Positions 39,953 through 55,017 of a stretch of DNA of 64,000 nt are shown here, piece by piece (position 1 is the first letter of the stretch; each line of letters starts with the position of its first letter). The stretch spans positions 64,715-128,714 of the forward strand of contig CAVVMJ010000003.1 of assembly GCA_963749445.1 (NCBI GenBank), read 5' to 3'. The notes under the pieces are model-generated. The model did not search any database. It was not told where the DNA came from and was given only the letters and a program-made list of their open reading frames with translations. Source of the DNA: an uncultured bacterium. GTDB lineage: Bacteria > Patescibacteriota > Doudnabacteria > UBA920. A program made the position numbers and the translations under genes.

Positions 39953-40222
39953 TTACTCTTCTTTTTTCCATCTTTCTAATTTTGGAATACCCATAGTCAT
40001 CCAACCGGCCAAAAATCCCGGAAAACCCATTTCCTGTAACTTCTGCTTGCAAAAAATTTGCATTTGCTCCGCGGTCCAATCCGGATTTTTAAACGCGCCG
40101 TTAACGTAGCAGTAGGAACAATACATGGCCGATTTAGTGCCGTCGGCATTAGTTCCTCCGCCGGCCGGATCTTTTTTTAGCGGCATGCCGCAGCTTTGGC
40201 AGTTTTTGTAGATTTGACTCAT
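39953..40222 (-). CDS. Putative zinc-ribbon protein
   Basis: CQSCGMPL...GTNADG...YCSYCY..G.F...IPKLERWK. Confidence 0.85.
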   Translation of the reverse strand: MSQIYKNCQSCGMPLKKDPAGGGTNADGTKSAMYCSYCYVNGAFKNPDWTAEQMQIFCKQKLQEMGFPGFLAGWMTMGIPKLERWKKEE

Positions 40223-40269
40223 AGATTTCCGATAAAAATTGGCCTTACTTTGTTTTTTCCCGCAAATTT

Positions 40270-40497
40270 TTAATTTTTTCCTCCAGGTGGGCTTTTCTTG
40301 TCTGCCACACATCTAAAATAAGCTCCGCCCGTTCGAGGTTCCAAAGAGTCAAAGGAGTCGAAAGGTTTGACTTCTCTCAAAGCGGGAATCTTGCCGGTTA
40401 ATTCGGCAATCCGGGCTTCTACCTGCTGTAATTTATGTTCCGCGGCTTCCAGCGGAGTAAACCGCCCGATATCCCGCGCTATTTCGCCTTTGCTCAT
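40270..40497 (-). CDS. Hypothetical protein (3' end possibly frameshifted)
   Basis: Coiled-coil-like ORF. Confidence 0.4.
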   Translation of the reverse strand: MSKGEIARDIGRFTPLEAAEHKLQQVEARIAELTGKIPALREVKPFDSFDSLEPRTGGAYFRCVADKKSPPGGKN

Positions 40498-40663
40498 AAA
40501 ATAAATCCCTCTTCTAAGGCTATTTTACGCCGATTAAGCATAAATTTCAACCATCGTCCATCATCGGGCGGATAATATCCGCCCCTACACCCCAATAATT
40601 CTAAACAGTTTAAATCCCGTCCCGATTTTATCGGGACGGGATAAATTATCTACTATTTATATT

Positions 40664-44583
<3,920 letters not shown>

Positions 44584-44634
44584 TTGGGTTATTTAAAGAT
44601 TAAAAGATTTAATGATTGAAAGATTGATAATAAT

Positions 44635-44770
44635 AAATTTCTAATTGCCCTGATTATTCTAATTATTCCTAAATAAATCCCAATATCCAAGTTCCAAGTT
44701 CCAAGTTAGGCATTAGTCATTGGTGCTTATTTAGGTCAATTAGGTTAATTAAAACAATTAGAATAATTTT
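44635..44770. repeat. Inverted microrepeat array, homologue of 8335-8453
   Basis: CTAATT 9-mers, TCCAAGT 7-mers, mirrored AATTAG units. Confidence 0.75.
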
Positions 44771-44859
44771 TTAATGCTCTTTACAACTCTCTCTCTGTGC
44801 TATTTTTAGCTGTCCATCATCCGAGAACTTTTCGGAAATAGGACAGGAATGGAGGAACT

Positions 44860-45141
44860 ATGTGCAATTGTGATTTACAGATCACTATCGCAACAGGTCT
44901 GGGGCGGACAGATGTAGTGACCGTTCGAGTTGCAAAGACGGTCAAATTCCAGGCTCAAGTTGGAGAAAAACCCATACCAGCCCCTGCTGCGGAAACTGAG
45001 TCAGGCTCTTTTCCAGGCTCTTTGGGGAGAGCTGCGGCAGAAGCCATGATCGCGGCTATAGACTATGGAAAATTCATAAGCCGCAGGGAGATCGCCATCA
45101 ACTTCACCTTCTGCCCCGCCTGCGGGCAAAAGCTTGACTGA
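44860..45141 (+). CDS. Small Cys-motif protein antisense between rpoB and rpoC
   Basis: GGAGG RBS; MCNC...FCPACGQKL; hairpin plus T run at 45178-45234. Confidence 0.7.
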   Translation: MCNCDLQITIATGLGRTDVVTVRVAKTVKFQAQVGEKPIPAPAAETESGSFPGSLGRAAAEAMIAAIDYGKFISRREIAINFTFCPACGQKLD

Positions 45142-45264
45142 ACCGCGCACCACCACTCGCCGCCTCGCCACCCGCGTCCGGTTCTGCCCCTCCGATGCTT
45201 ATCGGAGACTCGACAGAACCGGTCCGTTTTTTTTATGTAAAAGTTCTCTCGGGCTTTTTGCGGA

Positions 45265-45372
45265 GCTCCCCTCCCCTTCTGAGGGGAGGGTTAGGGAGAG
45301 GTTGTGCCCGACATCGGCTACTGCACCCTCTCTGTCCCGCTCCGCGGGACATCTCCCCCAGAGGGGGAGAAG
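45265..45372. repeat. CTCCCC...GGGGAG palindromic element pair
   Basis: CCCCTCCCCTTCTGAGGGGAGGG...CCCTCTCTGTCCCGCTCCGCGGGACATCTCCCCCAGAGGGGGAGA; related to 58543-58591, 50352-50502, 19947-19998. Confidence 0.75.
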
Positions 45373-45458
45373 GCTCCGCGGTTGTCCTTATTTCGGGCGG
45401 CCGATAAATTGGCACACTACGTCCGTTTTAGTCCGTTCCCTGTCCGATTAAGTCAGCG

Positions 45459-48400
45459 TTACTTGCTCTTTTTCTCCTTCTTCGGCTTCTTTTTGACTTC
45501 ATCCGCAAACAGCGATATATCGGGAACCGTGACCGGCATTACCGGCGCGCCCGGCACCACGATTTCCTGTTCCTGCGCCGCCGTGGTAATGCTGCCGTCG
45601 GCTCCCAGCAGTTCTACATCAAGACCAAGTGATTGTAATTCTTTGACCAAAACCCTAAAACTTTCCGGAATGTTTGGCTTTTTAATCGGTTCGCCTTTGA
45701 CTATCGCCTCATAAGTTTTTGACCGGCCAACCACGTCGTCGGACTTAATCGTGAGCATTTCCTGCAAAGTGTGCGCCGCGCCATAGCCTTCCAAAGCCCA
45801 GACTTCCATTTCCCCAAAGCGCTGTCCGCCGAACTGGGCCTTGCCGCCGAGCGGCTGCTGCGTGATTAAGCTGTACGGACCCGTGGAGCGCGCGTGCATT
45901 TTATCATCAACCAAATGGTGGAGCTTTAAAAAATACATAATGCCGACCGTAACTTTTTCGTCAAACGGTTCGCCGGTTTTGCCGTCGTACAAAACCACTT
46001 TGCCGTCTTCGGGAACGCCGGCCTTTTTTAATTCTTCCTTGATTTGCGCTTCGGTCACCCCGTCCAAAACCGGTGTGGCCACTTTATAACCTAATTTATA
46101 GGCAGCCATGCCCAAATGGGTTTCCAAAATTTGACCGAGGTTCATACGGGACACCACGCCAAGCGGGTTTAAAATAATGTCCACGGCGCGGCCGTCCTTC
46201 ATAAACGGCAAGTCTTCCACCGGAATAATTTTACTGATGACGCCTTTGTTGCCGTGGCGGCCGGCCATTTTGTCGCCGACCTGGATTTTTCTTAACACTG
46301 CCACCGACACTTGGATAGAGCGGATAACGCCCGACGGCAATTTGTCGCCGGCTTCGCGCGTAAATTCGCGGATATTGACGACTTTGCCGTATTCGCCGTG
46401 CGGCAGGGTCAAGGAGGTGTCTTTGACGTCACGGGATTTTTCGCCGAAAATCACGCGCAAAAGTTTTTCTTCCGCGGTCAAATCGGTTTCGCCTTTGGGC
46501 GTAATTTTGCCGACCAAAATGTCGCCGGCTTTAATTTGCGCGCCGATGCGGATGACGCCGTTCTCGTCCAAATCCTTGAGTTTTTCCTCGCCGACGTTGG
46601 GAATATCGCGCGTAACCTGCTCGGGGCCCAATTTAGTGTCGCGCACGTCAATTTTAAAATCGTCTATGTGGATGCTGCTGTAACGGTCGGCCTGCACCAC
46701 GCGCTCGGAAACCAAAACCGCGTCTTCGTAGTTACCGCCTTCCCAGGACATAAACGCTACCAAAACATTTTGGCCCAAAGCCAACTCTCCCCCTTCGGTG
46801 GAGGCGCCGTCCGCCAAAAGCTCGCCTTTTTTGACATGCTGGCCTTTGTCTACGCGCGGAATTTGGTTTATGGACGTAGCCGAATTGGTACGCAAAAATT
46901 TGAGCAGATGGTATTCCCGTTTTTTACCCTTGTCGCCGACTACGACAATTTTGTCGCCGCTGACCGAAGTGACGTCGCCGTCTTCCTCGGCCACTACAAT
47001 GGTGCCGCTGTCGCGGGCCGCTTTTTGTTCCATACCCGTGCCCACGAACGGCGCCTCGGGCTTAATGCAGGACACGGCCTGCCGCTGCATGTTACTGCCC
47101 ATAAGCGCGCGGTTGGCGTCATCGTGCTCCAAAAACGGGATCAGCGAAGTGGTCACGGAAATAATCTGTTTGGGCGAAACATCCACACAGTCAATGTCGT
47201 CCGTGCTAGCCACGCTGGGCACGGTGTGCAGCCTAACAGCGGCGCGCGGCTGGACAAAATAACCGTTGTCCGCGATCTCAATGCCGGCCTCGCCGATAAT
47301 CAAACCTTCCTCTTCAAACGCGTCCAAATAGCGGACCTCGTCGGTCACGCGGGGCTTGATGCGGAACTCCGCCGCTTGGCTGTTTTTGGCCGCCTCTTTG
47401 GCTTTGGCGGCGGTGACGGTTTCGCCGGCCGCGATGGCGACATTGCCTTTGCCATCTTTAATATCATAAAGGGAAATTTCGCCCACTAAATCTTTGCCGT
47501 CGTTTTTGGCGATTTTTTTGGCAAAACGGTAGGGGGTTTCAATAAAACCAAAATCATTCACTCTGGCATAAGTGGCCAAGTGGGCTACCAGGCCGATGTT
47601 CGGGCCTTCGGGCGTGGTAATGGGGCAAAGCCGGCCGTAGTGGCTGTGGTGCACGTCGCGCACTTCAAAACCGGCGCGCTCGCGGGACAGTCCGCCGGGA
47701 CCCATGGCGGACAGCCTTCTCTTGTGTTCCAGCTCGGCCAAAGGGTTAGTCTGGTCCATAAATTGCGACAGTTGCGAGGAGGAAAAAACTCCTGCATGGT
47801 GGCGACTATGGGCCGCACGTGGATAAGCTGGGCCGGAGTCACGGTTTCCAAATCGGCCAAGGACATGCGGTCTTTGGCAATGCGCGCCATACGGGCCAGA
47901 CCCACGCGGAACCGGGTCTGAATGAGCTCCCCAACCGCGCGCACGCGGCGGTTGGCCAAATGGTCAATGTCGTCCGGCGCTTCCTGGGTATTGTTCAGGC
48001 GGATGACTTCGCGCACCACGGCCACTAAATCTTCCAACAGCAACAGCGGATTGTCGCGCTTAACGTCTATGTGCAGGCGCTGGTTGAACTTGTAGCGGCC
48101 AACCGGGGAAAAATCGTATCTTTCAAAATTAAAAAACATGCCGCTGATGAGGGACTTGGCGTTGTCCACGGTGGCCAAATCGCCGGGGCGGATTCTTTTA
48201 TAAACTTCCTTAAAACCTTCGTCACTGTTGGTGGATGCGTCTTTGGCCAAAGTTGACTCTATATATTTGGTGTCCGGGTCAGTGTCAATGTCGGCAAAAG
48301 CCTGCAAAATTTGGTCGTTGGATGAAAGACCGAACACGCGCATCAGCGCGGTAATCGGAATGCGGCGCTTTCTGTCTATTTTTACGCCGATGACGCCGGC

Positions 48401-48940
48401 CAAATCGGTATCCAGCTCCAGCCAGGCGCCGCGGTTGGGGATAATTTTGGCGCCGTAGCAGTTTTTGCCGCGCAAATTCTCAGTAGTAAAAAATACGCCC
48501 GGTGATTTAATGAGCTGGTTGACCACCACGCGCTCCACGCCGTTGATGATGAACGTGCCGCGCGGGGTCATTAACGGAAAATCGCCGAAATAAACGTCCT
48601 GGGTCTTGGTTTTGCCCGTGACTTTGTTGACCAGGCGGGCAGCCACGTACAACGGCGCTTCGTAAGTGGTGTTGCGCTCACGGGATGTGAACTCGTCGTA
48701 CTTGGCTTTGTCAAAAAAATAGTCGCCGAAAAACAGCTCCAGATTTTTGCCGGTGAAGTCGCGAATCGGCGTGACTTCGCCGAGCAGTTCCTTGAGCCCT
48801 TTTTCCAAGAACCACTTATAAGAATCCAGCTGCACCTCTATGAGGTTGGGCAGCAGTTTGGTTTCGTGGTGCTTGGTAAAAAATTTCCGGCCGGCTTTGG
48901 CCGGAGTTTTTACTAAAGTGTGGGCTGAGGATTTAGGCAT
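45459..48940 (-). CDS. rpoB: RNA polymerase beta subunit (1-nt frameshift near 47785)
   Basis: [60 protein letters not shown]. Confidence 0.96.
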
Positions 48941-48988
48941 GATGGATGATAATTTAATAAATAAAAAATTAAAATTGTTAACTTATGC

Positions 48989-49088
48989 TTGATGGGCATC
49001 TTCGTGCGGCTAAAAGAGTTGGCCGATATTTATCGATCGATGCGTCCACCATCGCCTGCTATACTATATTCTCGAAGATGCCCATCAA
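48989..49088. repeat. MITE-like element family A copy 2 (rpoB leader)
   Basis: Same 16-bp TIR as 6843-6941. Confidence 0.85.
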
Positions 49089-49485
49089 CTGCGCTGTCCC
49101 GGAATAATAAATCGCGTGCACTAAAAACCCACCCTTTTTGTCAAATTTAAAAGGTTTTATTAATGTTGCTACGCGTTAATTAAATTTTTCGCCATCAAAA
49201 AATTAAAATGACCGCAAAACAATCTGCCGAAAATCCGGTTTTCGGCTGGTGGTCTTTATGAATTTGCCCCGGTTTTACGCCTAAAGCGGGTTAACCGGAG
49301 TTACACACGCATCCCCAAATCGTGTAATGTGTATAGCTACTATATATAAGTATTATACTTTTGTCAAGGTTTTGGGGCAAATATTCTTTGGCTTATCTTA
49401 AATGGTTTTGTCTGATTATAAAACGAAAAGAGCAGGATCATGGGCTTGGTAAAGCCTCCCCTGCTCCGTGTTGTCCGATCTCGGA

Positions 49486-49908
49486 TCACTGTTCCGGCAT
49501 GCTTCCTTGGTTGGCTTCGCCGACCTCTTGCCAGACCTGTTCGTACGTGGCCAACTCGGGTTTCCACACCCGCGTCAACAGATTGGCGCAGGCATAAAAC
49601 CCGATTTGGTCGTCCCGGCTGGCAAAGTCCACACCGCTCAGGCCCAGCATCTCCTGGCGCGGCCAACCGTTCAATGACATCCAAGCGCTGGCAAGCGTAC
49701 CTTGGGTGGTGAGCTGGCAACCATCCACCCGCAGTTCGGGATCGTTGGCCAAAAGAGCTTTGCCATTCCATTGCAATTTTGCGATCAGCTCCTGCGCAGC
49801 GGGGAGGTTGCTCCGGAAGAATTCTCCAAAGCTTTCACCTTCCCAGCGGATAATTTTCTCGGATAAGTGCTGGACCAACTGGACCAGCAACATTGGATAA
49901 TCGATCAT
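49486..49908 (-). CDS. Hypothetical protein
   Basis: AAGGGGGA RBS before MIDYPM. Confidence 0.6.
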   Translation of the reverse strand: MIDYPMLLVQLVQHLSEKIIRWEGESFGEFFRSNLPAAQELIAKLQWNGKALLANDPELRVDGCQLTTQGTLASAWMSLNGWPRQEMLGLSGVDFASRDDQIGFYACANLLTRVWKPELATYEQVWQEVGEANQGSMPEQ

Positions 49909-50004
49909 ATACTCCCCCTTTGGAGTACTAATGTTATATACAAATATCTTAATTCCGTCAACCGGTAGAAAATTAACCTGATTACTGCTAAAATAGTCCC
50001 AGAT

Positions 50005-51141
50005 ATGCCAAACGTAATCCAAGTACAAAACTTAAAGAAAACCTACAAACTGGCCAAAGGCAAAGAGCTGGAGGCGGTGCGCGGGATAGGGTTTGAGGTG
50101 TTTAAGGGCGAGATTTTTGGGATTTTGGGGCCGAACGGAGCCGGGAAGACCACCACGTTGGAAATCATCGAGTGCCTAAAACCGCAGACTGACGGTGTGG
50201 TTACGGTTTTGGAATTTGATAATTTAAAATCGCCTGACGAAATAAAAAAACGCATTGGCGTGCAGTTGCAGTCCAGCCAGTATTTACACCATCTGAGTTT
50301 GGGGGAATTGTTGGATTTGTTCGCGTCGTTGTATCCAAGGACAGAGGCGGAGCCTCTCCCCCTGTCAGGGGGGAGTACCTCGCGACTTGCCCGACGAAGC
50401 CTTGGCGAAGTCGGGAGCGAGGGGAGGGGGTTGGATATAAATCAGCCGACTCCAACCACCCCGTCCCGCCAAAGCGGGACACCCCTCCTTAAAAAGGAGG
50501 GGAATGCTCCGCGGTTATCCTTTGATTCCAGGATGGGCAAAAAAACGGAATTGTTAAAACTCGTAGGATTAGAAGACAAAATTCACGAAGAATTTGCCAA
50601 CCTCTCCGGCGGGCAGAAACAGAGGTTTACCATTGCCACATCACTTGTCCACGAGCCGCAAATTTTATTCCTTGATGAACCAACCACCGGCCTTGACCCC
50701 AAAGCCCGGCGCGATATGTGGGGGCTGATAAAAACCATCAACGCGCGCGGCATTACCATTGTCTTAACCACCCATTACATGGAAGAAGCGGAGTTTTTAT
50801 GCCACCGCGTAGCCATTATGGATGAGGGCAAAATTTTGGAAATTGACGAGCCTAAAAAATTAATTGACCGTTTGTCCGACACCACGCAAATATCCTTTTT
50901 TACCGACACAAAAATCGACCCCAAGTTATTCTCCGGCATTTCGGAAGTAAAAAAAGTCCACGCTGCTTATCCCAAAGTTGTTTTGGAAATTACCAGTCTG
51001 GATAAAATTTCCGCGGTGGTCAACCTGCTGCGGCAGCATCAAATTATTTTTTACGGTTTTACCGTTAAAACCGCAGCCCTAGAAGACGTTTATTTAGACT
51101 TAACCGGCCGCGCCTACGACGAAGGAGAAAACGATGAATAG
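50005..51141 (+). CDS. ABC-2 type transporter ATP-binding protein with ~60-aa palindrome-derived insertion
   Basis: GPNGAGKTT, LSGGQKQR, LDEPTTGLD, TTHYMEEAE. Confidence 0.92.
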   Translation: MPNVIQVQNLKKTYKLAKGKELEAVRGIGFEVFKGEIFGILGPNGAGKTTTLEIIECLKPQTDGVVTVLEFDNLKSPDEIKKRIGVQLQSSQYLHHLSLGELLDLFASLYPRTEAEPLPLSGGSTSRLARRSLGEVGSEGRGLDINQPTPTTPSRQSGTPLLKKEGNAPRLSFDSRMGKKTELLKLVGLEDKIHEEFANLSGGQKQRFTIATSLVHEPQILFLDEPTTGLDPKARRDMWGLIKTINARGITIVLTTHYMEEAEFLCHRVAIMDEGKILEIDEPKKLIDRLSDTTQISFFTDTKIDPKLFSGISEVKKVHAAYPKVVLEITSLDKISAVVNLLRQHQIIFYGFTVKTAALEDVYLDLTGRAYDEGENDE

Positions 51142-51877
51142 CTTTTGGCAATTGTTCAAAGCCAATTTTAAAATGTTTTACCGCGAAAAGGAAGGCTTTT
51201 ACTGGACCGTGCTGATGCCCGCCCTGATTTACGTCGCCCTGTCGGTTTTGCCCATCAGCAAAGCCCTTGGCAACAATCTAAAATATTCCAATTACGTTTT
51301 GCCCGGAATTATTGCCATGACCATTATGCAGGGCGGCATTTATTCTTTAGCTTATTGGATGGTGGACTTAAAATCCCGCGGCATCATTAAGCGCCTGCTG
51401 GCCACCCCGCTCAAACAATGGCAACTGGCCTTAAGCCTGGTCAGCGCCAGGCTGGTGGTGGTAATTGTCCAGGTGATTCTGTTGACTCTTTTGGGCATTT
51501 TGGTTTTTGGCGCCCAATTTGCCGGCAATGTTTTTTCCACTTTGATTTTGGTGCTTTTAGGCGGCGCGATTTTTTTATTAATGGGTTTGCTAATTTCCAC
51601 CTTTGCCAAAAGCTACGATGCGGCCGCGCCGATTACTTCGGCTATCGGCTTGCCGTTGACTTTTTTAGGGAACATTTTTTACCCGGTTGACGCTCTGCCG
51701 CACGGTTTGCAGGTTTTGGCGCGCCTTTTGCCCATTACCTATTTGGCCGACGGCCTGCGCCAGGCGTATTTGTATCCGTTTGATTTTGCCAAAATCGGTT
51801 TTGATGTTTTGATTTTGACAGTTTGGCTGGCAGCGATGTTGATTATCACTTTGCTATTATTCAGACTAAAAGAATAA
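51134..51877 (+). CDS. ABC-2 type permease
   Basis: 6 TM, PGIIAM, FYPVDALP, overlaps ATPase stop. Confidence 0.9.
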   Translation: MNSFWQLFKANFKMFYREKEGFYWTVLMPALIYVALSVLPISKALGNNLKYSNYVLPGIIAMTIMQGGIYSLAYWMVDLKSRGIIKRLLATPLKQWQLALSLVSARLVVVIVQVILLTLLGILVFGAQFAGNVFSTLILVLLGGAIFLLMGLLISTFAKSYDAAAPITSAIGLPLTFLGNIFYPVDALPHGLQVLARLLPITYLADGLRQAYLYPFDFAKIGFDVLILTVWLAAMLIITLLLFRLKE

Positions 51878-51934
51878 AAAGACCGCTGATCGGTGATTGG
51901 TACGCTGAGAAAACGCTGAAATCGGGATTCAGCG

Positions 51935-52291
51935 TTATTTCAGCGTTGCTATCCGCGTATAATCAGCGGCCCCCAAAGCACTTACCTTAACACCCCATGC
52001 AAACCCTAAAGCTTGAGAGATGGTCACGCCAACCCGCACGCCGGTGTAGCTACCAGGGCCTTTGTTGACATAGATCTTCCTTATTCCCCTCCCCAAGACA
52101 TGGGGAGGGTACCTCGAAGGGGCGGGAAAGGTTGATTTAATCTTTACCGATCGCAAAAACTCATCAAGTTTGGCCAATGTCTCATGCGACTTGTGCGGAT
52201 CAATTTTAAAAACGCGCCAGATGATTTTTTTGCCATCGGCAATTCCAAAAGTCGCCTCATTAAAATCCGTGGTGTCTATATATAGGATCAT
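51935..52291 (-). CDS. tsaB: TsaB (short form)
   Basis: ILYIDT, GPGSYTGVRVG. Confidence 0.85.
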   Translation of the reverse strand: MILYIDTTDFNEATFGIADGKKIIWRVFKIDPHKSHETLAKLDEFLRSVKIKSTFPAPSRYPPHVLGRGIRKIYVNKGPGSYTGVRVGVTISQALGFAWGVKVSALGAADYTRIATLK

Positions 52292-52355
52292 TGACATAAA
52301 TGACATGATTGACAAAATTGACATAATTAACCTGCAATCAGAAATTCTAATTATG

Positions 52356-53687
52356 TCAATTATTTAAATTATGACCAATTTTGCTCAATTCTTCTCGCAC
52401 AACTCCGCAATCATCCCACTCAATCCGTTTATTTCCCGGCAAGACCAAAAACTGCTCGCTGCCTTTGCCGGTTATGAGCACAATATCATTCGGTTGGGCA
52501 ATTGATAATGCGCGATAAATAGCTTGTCTCCTATCAAGAATGATTTCATACGGAGGTTTCCTTAATTCATAATTCCTGATTCCTGACTCAATATTCCGCC
52601 CGATTTCCGCCGGGTCAGAGTCGTAAATATCATCGTTGGTTATTATGATTTGATCCGTGAATTTGGCACTGGTTTGCCCGAACTCAAACCTTTTGGCCAC
52701 ATCACGGTGCCCTCCGGTGCTGCCAAAGACGTGGATCAGCCGGTTATGCGGCAGCAGCACGGTCGCCTCCAAAGCCGCGAGGAAACTTGCCGGCTCGCAG
52801 CCGTAATCCACGATTATTTTAAAACCCTGGGAGTTCGGCACGCTTTCCATACGGCCGCGCACTCCGGAAAAACTTTTAAGCGCGGCCGCAGAGTCAGCCA
52901 AACTAACGCCCAAACTGCAAGCGCAGGATACGGCCAAAGCGGCATTTTGCGCGTTAAACGCTCCGAGCATGTTGAAAGAAAAATTTACTCCATCAAGACT
53001 AAATTCCGTCGGCGGACCGGGCTTTATCAGTCGTCCGTAAAAAACTTTTTGCGCCGGAGCCACCTTAATATTGGTAAAAGTCACGCCGAATTTCCGATCA
53101 GCCGGAAAACTGAAAAAATATCCGGACTGGGGGTCGTCAAAATTCATGCCGATCATTTTTTGCGGAAAAAAACTTTTGCGCCGGCCGCCCATCAGCGTCT
53201 TAAACAGTTTACCCTTGGCCGCCTGATAGTTCCCGTAGCTGCCGTGCGCCTGCAAATGCGCGCGCGACAAATTTGTAAATACCGCCACGTCAAAATTTAT
53301 GCCCCAATGCCGGTTTTGCGCTAAACCTTCGGACGTGCATTCCACAATGGCATACTTACAGCGCCTTTGCACCATAGTCCTAAGCTGTTTCTGTAATTTA
53401 ACTTCGCCGGGCATGGACAGCCCATGTTTGTTGATAAAAATATTCTGGCCGTCAAAAAAATCCACAGTGGTAATGTAGCCGGTCTTTTTACCGCAACTGT
53501 TTAAAATATGCGCCAACAGCTGGATAGTAGTGGATTTCCCCGCCGTACCGGTAACGCCGATAACCATCAGTTTTTCGCTCGGCCGCTCATAATAAATATT
53601 GGCGTCCCAAGCCAAAATGCCGTGATAGTAAGGCCTTATCCAGTTAAGCAGCGGCTCGGGAATTAACTTTTTTAAAAAATCTTTCAT
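52356..53687 (-). CDS. murE: MurE-like Mur ligase
   Basis: GVTGTAGKSTT, ECTSEG, TNLS..HL, GRME, VDY, GKGSE; start set at MKDFLK. Confidence 0.85.
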   Translation of the reverse strand: MKDFLKKLIPEPLLNWIRPYYHGILAWDANIYYERPSEKLMVIGVTGTAGKSTTIQLLAHILNSCGKKTGYITTVDFFDGQNIFINKHGLSMPGEVKLQKQLRTMVQRRCKYAIVECTSEGLAQNRHWGINFDVAVFTNLSRAHLQAHGSYGNYQAAKGKLFKTLMGGRRKSFFPQKMIGMNFDDPQSGYFFSFPADRKFGVTFTNIKVAPAQKVFYGRLIKPGPPTEFSLDGVNFSFNMLGAFNAQNAALAVSCACSLGVSLADSAAALKSFSGVRGRMESVPNSQGFKIIVDYGCEPASFLAALEATVLLPHNRLIHVFGSTGGHRDVAKRFEFGQTSAKFTDQIIITNDDIYDSDPAEIGRNIESGIRNYELRKPPYEIILDRRQAIYRALSIAQPNDIVLITGKGSEQFLVLPGNKRIEWDDCGVVREELSKIGHNLNN

Positions 53688-53860
53688 TTGCAGAATTTCT
53701 TCATTGAACTTTATGCCAACTATACAAGCACTTCCATTTCGAGCCCGAATGCATCTGAGGGCGAGAAATCTGTTAATCCTAGGAATAACAGATCCCTCCA
53801 CTCCTCGGCTGCACTCGTCGGTCGGGATGGGGCACCCCAGGAGCATAAACCCCAATTAGG

Positions 53861-54946
53861 TTATTTTAGCTTGCGCGGCAATGACTTAACAAAAATCCAG
53901 GTGCGGTTAACCTGCCGCAAAGCCTTATAGCCATGATACCACAATTTTTGCCGCGGAATGTCATAAGCCCCGGCGTACTCTTTGATGCTTCCCCCCGCAA
54001 GCCCCGAATCCGATTGAGGGGCAAAACCCATTTTAAACCGCACAAACCCCGGCATATCACCCGAAGCTGTCTCAATTCCCCAAAAATCATAACTGCTAAG
54101 GCCCAAATTTTTGGCATCCCGCATGGCCGTAAAATGAAGAGCGTAAGGAGCCATGACTTCACGATGGTGCTGGCTTGAGCCGCCGAACAAATAAGTCCGC
54201 GTTAATCCAAAATCCACCATAATAGCCGTAGATAACAACTCCCGCTCCAAAAGGGCTTTATAAATATAGAGTCTAACCGCACTGTCTGGATTCTGCACCG
54301 CGAAAAAATTCAGCAGCCCGTCATAATAGGAAAATGGAAAAGTTTGGAAACTCTGCCTGTCCGCTGTATTGATAATTAAATCCAGCGCTTCTTTAACATA
54401 TAAACCATGTCCGGGCACCGCGATTAATTCGCCACTGATTTGCACGCCATGCCTTTGGGCCAATTTAATATTATAGCGGGTTTTGGGGTGCATTTCGGCC
54501 AAAAGCTCATCTTCCGTTTTTTTCAAATCCACAACCAAAGTTTTTCCCGGCTGGATGTTGACCGATTTGTAAATCGGCAGGTGGAAAGTGGAAAGTGGAA
54601 AGTGGAAAGTGACTTTTGGCTCAATTCGAATAAATATTGCCGATGGGAATCTTTTTTGCAACTCTTGCACTAACTTTTTACTTTCTACTTTTAACTTTTC
54701 ACTCACTACTGGGCCATAAGGCGCATACAAATAAAACCGACCCAAAGGCAAAGGGCTTTGGATTAGCTGAATGGACGCGACGGTATTGCCGCCATCATCA
54801 TCAATAAAAAACCGGAAAGCTTTTTTCCCTAAGCGTTCCTGCCATTGCCCCCACTCCCAGGACTGCAAGAAAGAGCCACTCTCTTGAGCGGCTACAAAAG
54901 CGTTATAGTGGTCTTTATCGACTGATGATAATTCTACAAGTTTCAT
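53861..54946 (-). CDS. FemAB/FemX family peptidoglycan bridge peptidyltransferase
   Basis: FLQSWEW, YAPYGP, KTRYNI, YDFWGI, RFKMGF. Confidence 0.88.
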   Translation of the reverse strand: MKLVELSSVDKDHYNAFVAAQESGSFLQSWEWGQWQERLGKKAFRFFIDDDGGNTVASIQLIQSPLPLGRFYLYAPYGPVVSEKLKVESKKLVQELQKRFPSAIFIRIEPKVTFHFPLSTFHLPIYKSVNIQPGKTLVVDLKKTEDELLAEMHPKTRYNIKLAQRHGVQISGELIAVPGHGLYVKEALDLIINTADRQSFQTFPFSYYDGLLNFFAVQNPDSAVRLYIYKALLERELLSTAIMVDFGLTRTYLFGGSSQHHREVMAPYALHFTAMRDAKNLGLSSYDFWGIETASGDMPGFVRFKMGFAPQSDSGLAGGSIKEYAGAYDIPRQKLWYHGYKALRQVNRTWIFVKSLPRKLK

Positions 54947-55017
54947 TTTATCATTCTAACATCCTAACATTTTATCATTTTGGTTATGCTAAGATGTTAA
55001 AATGATAAAATGAATTT

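Noticed and set aside
52292-52324. N-terminal extension MSILSIMSFMS of TsaB
   Set aside because: Product of a 9-mer repeat; the conserved start is MILYIDT.
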